Below are positions 16,462-24,370 of a stretch of DNA of 64,000 bases, piece after piece; position 1 is the stretch's first letter, and the number at the start of each line of letters is the position of its first letter. The notes below the pieces were generated by a model, which saw nothing but the letters and a program-made list of their open reading frames with translations, did not search any database and was not told where the DNA came from. The position numbers were made by a program, and so were the translations under genes. The stretch comes from Planctomycetaceae bacterium (lineage in GTDB: Bacteria > Planctomycetota > Planctomycetia > Pirellulales > Thermoguttaceae): the NCBI GenBank assembly GCA_009778035.1, contig WRKP01000003.1:26132-90131 (forward strand). Reading direction: 5' to 3'.

Positions 16462-17871
16462 TCATTCTACACTGCTTGACCTCGTGGAGCAAGACCGCTG
16501 GGTAATCTGCTCCAGCAAATCGCCCAAATCCCGATAGGAAAAATCAATTGCCGCAAGTTGATGGCCATACTCTTCCGCCTGACCGTAGTTCTCCAGTGTA
16601 AACGCCAATTTCATCGCCAAGTACAATGCCCTTTTTTTGTTTTCGCCCTTTTCCAATGTTTGCACGGCCTCATGATAATGCGTCATCGCCAACTTGTATT
16701 GCCTGATCATTTGAAAGCATCGGCCAAGTTCCAGCAAACAGTCGCCCGTCCTGGCCGGATCCGATTTCGCCGTCTGGAATTCGGCAATCGCTTCCTTAAC
16801 CTGCTCATTCTTTTGCAACAAAAGCCCGTATTCATAACGATAGCCCGAATTGTGCGGATGATGCTTAATCCGATGCTGTGCGAGTTCGATGCTTTTGGTT
16901 TCATATTGCGTTCGGGTTGCCAAAAACACGGCTTTGAGAGCATCCTGCGGATGCCGTTCGTATTCTTCTTTCAAACGGAGCGTTTCCGCATAGAGCCGTT
17001 TTTTCTGCGTTTCCAAGAGCATTCCGACGATGTCGGGAGCGTTATCGGAAACTTCGAGGGCTCGGGTATAACTCTTTTCCGCCTCGGCCAAGTTGGATTG
17101 TTTGAGAAAGCATTGCGCAAGTTCGATGTAATTAGCGGTATCCTGCGGATTCTTTGCGATTCGGCGTTCGATCTGCTCTTCGAGCGTCAACACTCGCCCC
17201 ATCACGTCTTCGTTTTTGGGAACCGCTGTGCTGGAAAAATCGAAAAATTCCCGAGACGTTCCGGTCGCATATTGACCGCGATGGATTGTCTGTTCGGCTA
17301 ACAATTTTTGCACGAGTTGGCGAGCATCCTGATTGTCGGGCTGCTGCTTCAGGATGCGTTGGACGCAGGCCAATGCGTTGTCATATTCCGTAACTTCTCC
17401 CAACGCAATGGCATATGCGAAATTGGCGCCGATGTGATTCGAATCCGCTTCGACGGCCGACTGGTAATAGACGAGAGCCGACTTGATATGGCCGAGTTCC
17501 TCGCAGGCATTGCCCGCCGAAATAAGGGCTTCGACGGCCCAAGGATTTGATTTGAGTGCGCTGATGCTGATTTTGAACAAATTTTCCGGCCTTTTAGAAT
17601 CGACGGTCATTTTCTTGCCGACGGCGATAATTGAGCGTGTCGTCTTCTTTTTTTCGCCGAATTTTCTCCGCAAATTAACCAGGAACGTTTTGGCATAAAT
17701 CGGGTTTTCGGGATCCTGCAAGACGCACGGTGTGAAATAGATATTGTCGGCATATTCGTATGCCTTCAGCGACATCTGTTCGTTGCCTCGAACGAAAAGT
17801 TGTTGAAGTTGTTCGCGTTTTGCGGGGGAGATTGTTAAATCGGCAGACATTTCCCGATGCGGAGTAGACAT
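16462..17871 (-). CDS. Tetratricopeptide-repeat protein
   Basis: 469 aa of recurrent 34-aa TPR-like units (AEKSYTRALEVSDNAPD, AIAEFQTAKSDPARTGDCLLELGRCF, AMTHYHEAVQTLEKGEN). Confidence 0.8.
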   Translation of the reverse strand: MSTPHREMSADLTISPAKREQLQQLFVRGNEQMSLKAYEYADNIYFTPCVLQDPENPIYAKTFLVNLRRKFGEKKKTTRSIIAVGKKMTVDSKRPENLFKISISALKSNPWAVEALISAGNACEELGHIKSALVYYQSAVEADSNHIGANFAYAIALGEVTEYDNALACVQRILKQQPDNQDARQLVQKLLAEQTIHRGQYATGTSREFFDFSSTAVPKNEDVMGRVLTLEEQIERRIAKNPQDTANYIELAQCFLKQSNLAEAEKSYTRALEVSDNAPDIVGMLLETQKKRLYAETLRLKEEYERHPQDALKAVFLATRTQYETKSIELAQHRIKHHPHNSGYRYEYGLLLQKNEQVKEAIAEFQTAKSDPARTGDCLLELGRCFQMIRQYKLAMTHYHEAVQTLEKGENKKRALYLAMKLAFTLENYGQAEEYGHQLAAIDFSYRDLGDLLEQITQRSCSTRSSSVE

Positions 17872-17975
17872 ATTTCACCGGGAACATGATGCAGAAATTG
17901 CCGGTTTTGTGCAAGAGGTTTTTGGGCCACGCAGGAACGGAGAGGCTTTAGAGCACATCCCAAAGAGGCATGGAC

Positions 17976-18078
17976 GGACAAAAAAGCCGTCATTCCGGCG
18001 AAGGCCGGAATCCAGACATTGCGTGCGATACCAGTTCCCCTGGATTCCGGCTTTCGCCGGAATGACGAAAAAATGTCC
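17976..18078. repeat. Family A palindromic element (full copy, best exemplar)
   Basis: GGACAAAAAAGCCGTCATTCCGGCGAAGGCCGGAATCCAG-ACATTGCGTGCGATACCAGTTCCC-CTGGATTCCGGCTTTCGCCGGAATGACGAAAAAATGTCC. Confidence 0.9.
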
Positions 18079-18125
18079 AGAGCAATTTGAAACACGCCTT
18101 CGCCCCTGCTATTCGGGAGACGCCC

Positions 18126-18770
18126 CTATTTTCTGACTCGCTGATACAGTTCCGCAACTTTTGCTTCGCATACTTGCCGTAATTCCTCTTCGGGCATATC
18201 CTTAAAATCGTCGTACATCATCGGCTGGCCGTACACAACTCGCATTTTTCCCCATAATTTTGGATATTTTTGCGTTCGCGGAAACGCCTCATAACATCCG
18301 CTGATCGCCGCCGGCAAAATAGCCGACTTCGTCCGCTGGGCAAGCGTTAAGGAACCCTGCAAAAACGGAGCAATGTTGCCGTCCCAAGTTCGGCCGCCTT
18401 CGGGAAATATCAAAATAATTTCGCCGTTCTTCAAACGCTTGAGAGATTCCTTGATCCCTGCAAAGCCGATTCCGTCAATTTCAAGCGGAATGGCATCGAG
18501 CATATCAATCAACCAGGCGAAGGGTTTGAACCTAAAAAGCGATTTGCGGGCCAAAAAATTGAGTCGGCGACGCAATCCCACGCCGAGTAGTGGCGGATCG
18601 TAATGCGACTGATGGTTGCAGATGAGAATCACCGGCCCGTTTTCCGGCATATTATTCTGTCCGTAATAGCGGACTCGATAAAATACGGCGAAAAACACAT
18701 ACAACGGAAATCGGCAACAGTAATAAAACAGCCGTTTTTGCCAGCGTTTTTTCCAGGAAATTTGCGTCAT
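18126..18770 (-). CDS. 1-acyl-sn-glycerol-3-phosphate acyltransferase family (PlsC-like) lysophospholipid acyltransferase
   Basis: NHQSHYDPPLL (the NHxxxxD catalytic motif) and IFPEGGRTWDG (the FPEGTR-type motif). Confidence 0.85.
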   Translation of the reverse strand: MTQISWKKRWQKRLFYYCCRFPLYVFFAVFYRVRYYGQNNMPENGPVILICNHQSHYDPPLLGVGLRRRLNFLARKSLFRFKPFAWLIDMLDAIPLEIDGIGFAGIKESLKRLKNGEIILIFPEGGRTWDGNIAPFLQGSLTLAQRTKSAILPAAISGCYEAFPRTQKYPKLWGKMRVVYGQPMMYDDFKDMPEEELRQVCEAKVAELYQRVRK

Positions 18771-18806
18771 CGTGATGGGTTAGGGGTTAGGAACAACCGT
18801 TTCGCT

Positions 18807-18845
18807 CGTACAGGGCGAGCACGAGCGGGGGATTTGAGCCCCCGG
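18807..18845. repeat. Family B GC-hairpin element (degenerate)
   Basis: CGTACAGGGCGAGCACGAGCGGGGGATTTGAGCCCCCGG, between the two acyltransferase genes. Confidence 0.6.
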
Positions 18846-19976
18846 TTACTCAATCGGCCGATCATAAATCCGATAGGTCTTCGTCCGAACGGCACCGCCC
18901 TTCTCGAGACTGCCCCTGGAGTACGCATTCGATTCCAAAACCCACGAAAACTCCGCATCGGTAATTCCGCTCTCCAAGACCTTCGGCACGAGGCCATTGA
19001 GCAACACCAAACCGAGCCCCAGCATCTGATATTCCGGCAACACATTCGTACTCAACACCCTAATTGCTTTAATTTGCTCCTTGCGGCGAAGCAGTTTGAA
19101 CAACCGAAGCGGCGAAATGCGGCCGCCGATTTCCTTGATCCGAGGATTGAAATCAGGAAGGGCAAACGACGCTCCTACCATCTTGCCGTCAACTTCGACG
19201 GCAACCGTTAATTCCGGCACGATCAAGTATTTCAGATAAAATGCCATCTCCTTGATTTCTTTGAGCGACATCGGCACGAAGCCCCAGGTGTTCGTCAAGG
19301 CCCTATTGTAAATATGCAAAAATTGCTCGACATCCCGTTGAAAATTCTTGACATCGACAGGCCGAATCGTCGCTCCGGTGCGGGCTTCGATTTGTTCGCA
19401 AATCGGCAAAAGTTTTTCGCGAATTTTGGGCAACATCCCGACTTCGCCCCAATAGGCATACAAATCTTGCGATTTGGTAAAGCCGTTATCCTCGAAAAGT
19501 TTTTCGTAATAGGGCGAATTATAGGTCATCATAAACATCGGCGAACTGTTGAATCCGTCGATAAGCAGTCCGAGCGTATGGTTCAGCGAGGGATTGATGG
19601 GGCCCCGAATCACGGAACAGCCGCGTTGCTTAAGCCAATCGGCAGCGGTATTGAAAAGCCCCTGTGCGGTATCGAGATCGTCAATGCAGTCGAAAAATCC
19701 GAGAAATCCGACGCCGTCGTTGTATCGGTCGATATGTCCTTTGTTCCAGATGGCACAGATTCGGCCAAGGACGTTTTTGCCGTCCAGGGCGATGAATGCT
19801 TGGCCTTCGTTGAATTCGTAAAAGGGGTCTTTGTTTCCCCAGGAGCGGAATCCGACGAGTCCGCTTTGTTCCATGCGCAGTTGGGGAATCCAGTAGGGAT
19901 CGTCTTGGTAGATTTTCCAGGGAAGATCCAAAAAGGCTTTTTGTTGCGTCCAGGTTTTGGCGGGAATGATCTGCAT
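18846..19976 (-). CDS. Conserved ~375-aa GNAT-like N-acyltransferase family protein
   Basis: N-terminus MQIIPAKTWTQQKAFLDLPWKIYQDDPYWIPQL is typical of a widespread uncharacterised acyl-CoA N-acyltransferase-fold family. The call is from memory of that N-terminal signature. Confidence 0.55.
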   Translation of the reverse strand: MQIIPAKTWTQQKAFLDLPWKIYQDDPYWIPQLRMEQSGLVGFRSWGNKDPFYEFNEGQAFIALDGKNVLGRICAIWNKGHIDRYNDGVGFLGFFDCIDDLDTAQGLFNTAADWLKQRGCSVIRGPINPSLNHTLGLLIDGFNSSPMFMMTYNSPYYEKLFEDNGFTKSQDLYAYWGEVGMLPKIREKLLPICEQIEARTGATIRPVDVKNFQRDVEQFLHIYNRALTNTWGFVPMSLKEIKEMAFYLKYLIVPELTVAVEVDGKMVGASFALPDFNPRIKEIGGRISPLRLFKLLRRKEQIKAIRVLSTNVLPEYQMLGLGLVLLNGLVPKVLESGITDAEFSWVLESNAYSRGSLEKGGAVRTKTYRIYDRPIE

Positions 19977-20140
19977 TATGCGTATATTCTAGTCGGTGGA
20001 CGGCGAAAAGCAAGATTGGCTCCGAGATGGGACATTATGGACATCTGGAGACGGACCTCTCTTGACGAAACGGAAAATTCAACTAGAATCGCATGCGGTC
20101 TGTTGGGATGGCGTCTAATTTGGCGGCATTCGGAGGCATT

Positions 20141-20212
20141 ACCTGGTGGTGTAATTGGCAACACAAGGGATTTTGGTTCCCTCGTTCTAGGTTCGAGTCC
20201 TAGCCGGGTAAA
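20141..20212 (+). tRNA. tRNA-Gln (anticodon UUG)
   Basis: Hand-folded cloverleaf. Acceptor TACCTGG/CCGGGTA with U1-A72 as in bacterial tRNA-Gln. D arm GTGT-AATTGGCA-ACAC. Anticodon arm AGGGA-TTTTGGT-TCCCT (anticodon TTG). V loop CGTT. T arm CTAGG-TTCGAGT-CCTAG. Discriminator A. CCA is not encoded. Confidence 0.9.
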
Positions 20213-20436
20213 TTTGCTGCAAAGTGGCGTAAAGCCAAAAACGGTGTAGTGTTACACCTACTTGGTGCTCCGGGTGTTACAAAAGTGTCGGGATTTCGGG
20301 TATTTGCGAGAAATTCCCTATAACTCGCAGTGACGTTAGGGAGTGCGAGAATGGGTAGAAGACGTACCGGAAAGCCCTATTTGCACAAGGCAAGCGGTAA
20401 GGCAATTATCTTGCTTCGCTGCGTGATTTTCATTTT

Positions 20437-21378
20437 TCACGTCCAGCCCAAGCGGATTTCGCCCTGACGGTTAGTGCTGCCAGGCCGTTGCAAACGCACT
20501 TCGCAACGAGGGCCGTTGCCTATGTAAAAACGGACAAGATCCAATAACTCCTGACGCCGCACTCCCTCTGAACTCGGCAAAAATTCCCGATACTGCGACA
20601 ATGTGAGATTTTCCAATCGCAACACAATACCCGCCGTTTGATTCCAAAATCGCCCGCCAAGCATTGCCGTTTCGCCCAAACGATGATTCGCCCTGCCCAA
20701 CTGCGTTCGGTCATGCTTTTCGACGACAAGCCATTGGCCATGAAATTCCTCAACCACCGCCTGCACGCCAAAACGTTCCGAAACGATTTTTTCCAGTCCC
20801 AGTGCCGTCTTCCGAACATTTGCAAACAGCACGGCATAGGGCAACAGCCGGGCACGTTGCGGTTGTTTTAGTTTTTCAGTCAGCAAACCGGCAACGGCAA
20901 ACAGGTATTCGGCAAACTCCGTCTCTGCCGGGTCGGTGGCCAATCCAGCACCGGGCCGCATCGGCTCCATCGCTCGATAAAAAAGCGAAATGAGCCGATG
21001 GTTAAATAAATCCAAAAAATCCTTCAGAGCGGTATCGCCGATTCGGCTGCGTTCCAAAATCAATTCGGTCATCGGCGGCGGCATCGGGCCGTGCGCTCCG
21101 GCCAGGCCGAGAAAGTTGATGGACAAACACGGTTTTTCATCATCCGTGATCGCTTGAATATCGCTGGCGGGAAAGTTTTGCGAAATATGCGAGGCGAACC
21201 GAAATTGCTCGCGATCAGGACTGGCCGCGGCGATGCTGGCCGTAGCGATTTCGGCCTGCGGCGATGATTCCGCGTGCAAAATACGGACGGCTTGCCAAAA
21301 GTCGAACGCCCAAGGTTCACGGCGGAATTGTTCGGCCAGACTCAAATTTTTGGCCGTATTCCGAAATTCGGTTTCCAT
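20437..21378 (-). CDS. tssG: Type VI secretion baseplate subunit TssG
   Basis: EPWAFDFWQAVRILH hallmark (FDFFQAVRLLE type). 313 aa. Overlaps the tssF 3' end by 37 nt, as in canonical clusters. Confidence 0.85.
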   Translation of the reverse strand: METEFRNTAKNLSLAEQFRREPWAFDFWQAVRILHAESSPQAEIATASIAAASPDREQFRFASHISQNFPASDIQAITDDEKPCLSINFLGLAGAHGPMPPPMTELILERSRIGDTALKDFLDLFNHRLISLFYRAMEPMRPGAGLATDPAETEFAEYLFAVAGLLTEKLKQPQRARLLPYAVLFANVRKTALGLEKIVSERFGVQAVVEEFHGQWLVVEKHDRTQLGRANHRLGETAMLGGRFWNQTAGIVLRLENLTLSQYREFLPSSEGVRRQELLDLVRFYIGNGPRCEVRLQRPGSTNRQGEIRLGWT

Positions 21379-23213
21379 AATTTATAAGGCTCTTCGCTGG
21401 TTGTATTTTTCCAAGTCATCTCCGTCGGCGTGTTCAGGTCGGCATACATTCGGAAAAATGTATTCATCACTTCGGCGAATAAATACGCACTGGAGCCGTT
21501 AAAAAACGATTCGTCAAGCGTCAACTCGATTCCGATGCCGTTTGCAAACCCCCGCCACGGGACATTGCCCATTCGCCGAACGATGGGTTTAATGTGAATA
21601 TCTTTCAGGCCTTGCAGTTGGCGTTGCATCGCCGTATCTTCCGGCTGCACGTACAACCGCAGTATTTCCCGAAGGGCTGCCGCCCCGTTTTCTCCTTCAA
21701 GCGAAAGGTAGTTCAGGGATAGATGCGAAATGAGCATCCATAGCGACCGTCCTCCCATTGCCGGCGTCTGCGAAAGCGTCGGTTTTGCGATCAAAAACAC
21801 TGCCGAGCAGGGGATTTCCGTTTCGCACTCAAGCCGGATCCCCGCCGGAGCCTCCGCGGCAAAATGCCGATTCGTGCAAAGCAGCCGGGCAAAGGCCGTT
21901 CGGGACTTGACGCGGTTGACCCGAAATTCAGAATCGACGAATCGTAGCCAAACATCCGTACCGGGTATCCCGCCCGACGCGGGTGTTCGTTCCATAACCC
22001 AGTACGATTTCGCGTTTTCTGGTTTTTCCGGCTCGGTATTGCGCGGCGTGAAAAACGGCTCCAGCGGAACCGTATCGCCGCGTTCCGGGTCAATGACCGA
22101 AACCGTTTCAATCGAATGAATTTCCGTGCTGGCATTGCGTCGGGCATCCCCCAACAGCCGGTATTCGCTCTTCGTTTCGTTCAAATCGACGGGCTCCGAA
22201 ATTTTTGCAAACAAATTCAGGGCTGGCGTTGCGTGAAGCCGAAACATATCCGGGGAGATGAATAATCCCTGCGAATCAATCGCAAGCGGGATGAGCACAT
22301 CGAGCCTGTTGAGGGGGCAATCTTGCGTCAACGGAGCGATGTGTTTTTGCAAGTTGATTTCAATATCCCAAAACAGGAATCGTTCGGGAAAAGCGAGGTA
22401 TTCCTGCAAAAGTTGGTATGCCGGAATTGCGTGTTGCCCTTTCGGCAAGACGAGTTCCTCCGGCAACAAACCGGCCGGGCGGAGCGCTTCCGAATGGAGC
22501 GGGATGGCGATCTTTTTCCAGTCATCATCGGGATTATCCAGTTCGATCCCCAATTTGTGCAGCAAGACTTTTTCGTAGACTTTATACGTTTCGAGCCGGT
22601 CGCCCTTCAGGAAAATCCGCAGTGTTTTAAGATTGCAATTTTGCAAAGGCACCGAATCGCTGGCCAATCCCAGCCGCAAAACGGAAATGGCACTGCGGCC
22701 TGTACCGGAAAAATGGTATTGGTTGGCCGGCTGGAAATCGGCCCTGACGATACGGATCGGATAAATCGTTACCGGCCAGGCGGTTTTCCATTTGATCGCA
22801 AGTTCATCCCCAGCGTGTTGGGATTCGTCGAATGCGTTGCATCCCAGCATCGTGCCTGCCGGAATTATTGCACCGTCGGCCAACTCGGAACGTTTGGCGT
22901 CGGGCTGGAATTCGACGATACCGAGCGAGGGAATCGGTGCGGTGAAATTCGGGTACAACGCACCGAGCAGGGCGGTTGAAATCTGCGGCAGCCGGGCATC
23001 GACGGAGTAACGGATTCGGCCTGCGAGCCAAGCGAAGGACTCGATTAAGCGTTCGGTGAAGGGGTCCGGCGAAACGTCTTCGGTAAGTTCGAGTTGGGCG
23101 GCAATTCGGGGGTGTTTTTGTGCAAATTCCGCACCGGACTTGCGGAGATACGCGAGTTCGCTTTGATAGTATTCGCGGAGCAGTTGTTCATTATCGTGCG
23201 TATTCATAGGCAA
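21342..23213 (-). CDS. tssF: Type VI secretion baseplate subunit TssF
   Basis: N-terminus LLREYYQSELAYLRKSGAEFAQKHPRIAAQL (TssF/ImpG signature). 623 aa. Confidence 0.9.
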   Translation of the reverse strand: MPMNTHDNEQLLREYYQSELAYLRKSGAEFAQKHPRIAAQLELTEDVSPDPFTERLIESFAWLAGRIRYSVDARLPQISTALLGALYPNFTAPIPSLGIVEFQPDAKRSELADGAIIPAGTMLGCNAFDESQHAGDELAIKWKTAWPVTIYPIRIVRADFQPANQYHFSGTGRSAISVLRLGLASDSVPLQNCNLKTLRIFLKGDRLETYKVYEKVLLHKLGIELDNPDDDWKKIAIPLHSEALRPAGLLPEELVLPKGQHAIPAYQLLQEYLAFPERFLFWDIEINLQKHIAPLTQDCPLNRLDVLIPLAIDSQGLFISPDMFRLHATPALNLFAKISEPVDLNETKSEYRLLGDARRNASTEIHSIETVSVIDPERGDTVPLEPFFTPRNTEPEKPENAKSYWVMERTPASGGIPGTDVWLRFVDSEFRVNRVKSRTAFARLLCTNRHFAAEAPAGIRLECETEIPCSAVFLIAKPTLSQTPAMGGRSLWMLISHLSLNYLSLEGENGAAALREILRLYVQPEDTAMQRQLQGLKDIHIKPIVRRMGNVPWRGFANGIGIELTLDESFFNGSSAYLFAEVMNTFFRMYADLNTPTEMTWKNTTSEEPYKLWKPNFGIRPKI

Positions 23214-23234
23214 TGTGAGGATTTTGGGGCGACG

Positions 23235-23735
23235 TCATTCCGAATAAAAACAGCCATCCTCGTCTTGTACAACTCCGAATGTTACTAAAAAGCCCTCGCC
23301 CAGTCCGTGGAGTTCCGCTTCGATCGAAATTCCTGCCCGAAACTTCACCGAAGCAATGTCGCGACCAAACACGTCGGTCGCACTGCGTATTCCCAAAAAA
23401 GGATTGGCGGAAAACTCATTCGCCGTGCCCGGCCGGTCTCGGAAAAAACGCTCCGGCGATGTGCCCGAAAGGTCAACCGAACGCACCGACACATTCTTTA
23501 GCCGCGGCTCGAATGCCGCAATCGTTCGTCCCAACTCGCCCGCAAGATCGGTGTCGTTTCCATCCGGCAAACCGTAATCGAGGACTGTCAATTCGGCATC
23601 GGGCTCGACATTCACACTGCGTCGGGTATTGAGCAGCCAAAGCAAATCCCGAAAGACGGACTCTCGGTATTGCTCCGGCGTGAGACTGCCGCTGCCGATG
23701 AAACGGTCTAATAATGATGGGGCGTTACCGGTCAT
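23235..23735 (-). CDS. tssE: Type VI secretion baseplate subunit TssE (gp25-like)
   Basis: SLLDRF...FRDLLWLLNTRR...VLDYGLPD...IAAFEPRL pattern of the GPW/gp25 family. 166 aa. Confidence 0.8.
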   Translation of the reverse strand: MTGNAPSLLDRFIGSGSLTPEQYRESVFRDLLWLLNTRRSVNVEPDAELTVLDYGLPDGNDTDLAGELGRTIAAFEPRLKNVSVRSVDLSGTSPERFFRDRPGTANEFSANPFLGIRSATDVFGRDIASVKFRAGISIEAELHGLGEGFLVTFGVVQDEDGCFYSE

Positions 23736-23768
23736 TGCTCTTTCTCCTACAGGGCTCCTACGAGGCCC

Positions 23769-24266
23769 CTACGAGGCCAACTTCCCTTGCGACAGGTCGT
23801 ATCCCGCAGCGGCATTGCCCGCGGAACCGCCTTCGTTCTTCTGCTTCATGTAGGCAATTTCAATCTTCGAATAGTTCATCGACACCGTCTCGCCCGGCAA
23901 ATCGCCGCCGCCCGATATGTTGTAACTCGAAATGACAACATTGCTCAACTTGATTTCCAAGTATGCCAACAGCGGTGCGCTGCCGTCCTGCGCCTCGCTC
24001 CGGCAAAGCGTCAGAACCACATTCGGGATCGTCTTTCCTTCCCAAAGCCTTTGGCAAATCGACGGCGAGGATATGTCAAAACGTTTGGAAAGCGACAGGT
24101 CTGAACATTGCGGTCTCGCGACCGTTCCGCCGCCTTCCGAACTCCGAAGGGCCGACGTCGGCTGCGAAAAGTCGAGCGAAAAGGAATAGATTTCGATCTG
24201 TTCCTCGTAGCCGGATACGGTACATTCGCCCTTAATGTCATCTATTTTCAGGAACATGCTTTGCAT
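23769..24266 (-). CDS. hcp: Type VI secretion tube protein Hcp (TssD)
   Basis: MQSMFLKIDDIKGECTVSGYEEQIEIYSFSLDFSQP is an Hcp1-family N-terminus. 165 aa. Confidence 0.85.
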   Translation of the reverse strand: MQSMFLKIDDIKGECTVSGYEEQIEIYSFSLDFSQPTSALRSSEGGGTVARPQCSDLSLSKRFDISSPSICQRLWEGKTIPNVVLTLCRSEAQDGSAPLLAYLEIKLSNVVISSYNISGGGDLPGETVSMNYSKIEIAYMKQKNEGGSAGNAAAGYDLSQGKLAS

Positions 24267-24320
24267 GATAATTGTCTCCTATTTGTTGTGTGTATTGTTT
24301 GTTTGTGAACGTTAACAGGG

Positions 24321-24340
24321 CCGCAACCGTACGGTTGCGG
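24321..24340 (-). other. Perfect 8-bp stem / 4-nt loop hairpin between tssBC and hcp
   Basis: CCGCAACC-GTAC-GGTTGCGG in the 104-nt intercistronic spacer. No U-run follows on the minus strand. Confidence 0.6.
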
Positions 24341-24370
24341 TACTGCTCGTGGTGGATTAAATGTTTGGCA

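Noticed and set aside
20351-20467. 38-codon ORF next to tRNA-Gln as an integrase remnant
   Set aside because: It is too short, and my impression of similarity to integrase N-termini cannot be verified by eye. It is mentioned only as a weak pointer in the island finding.
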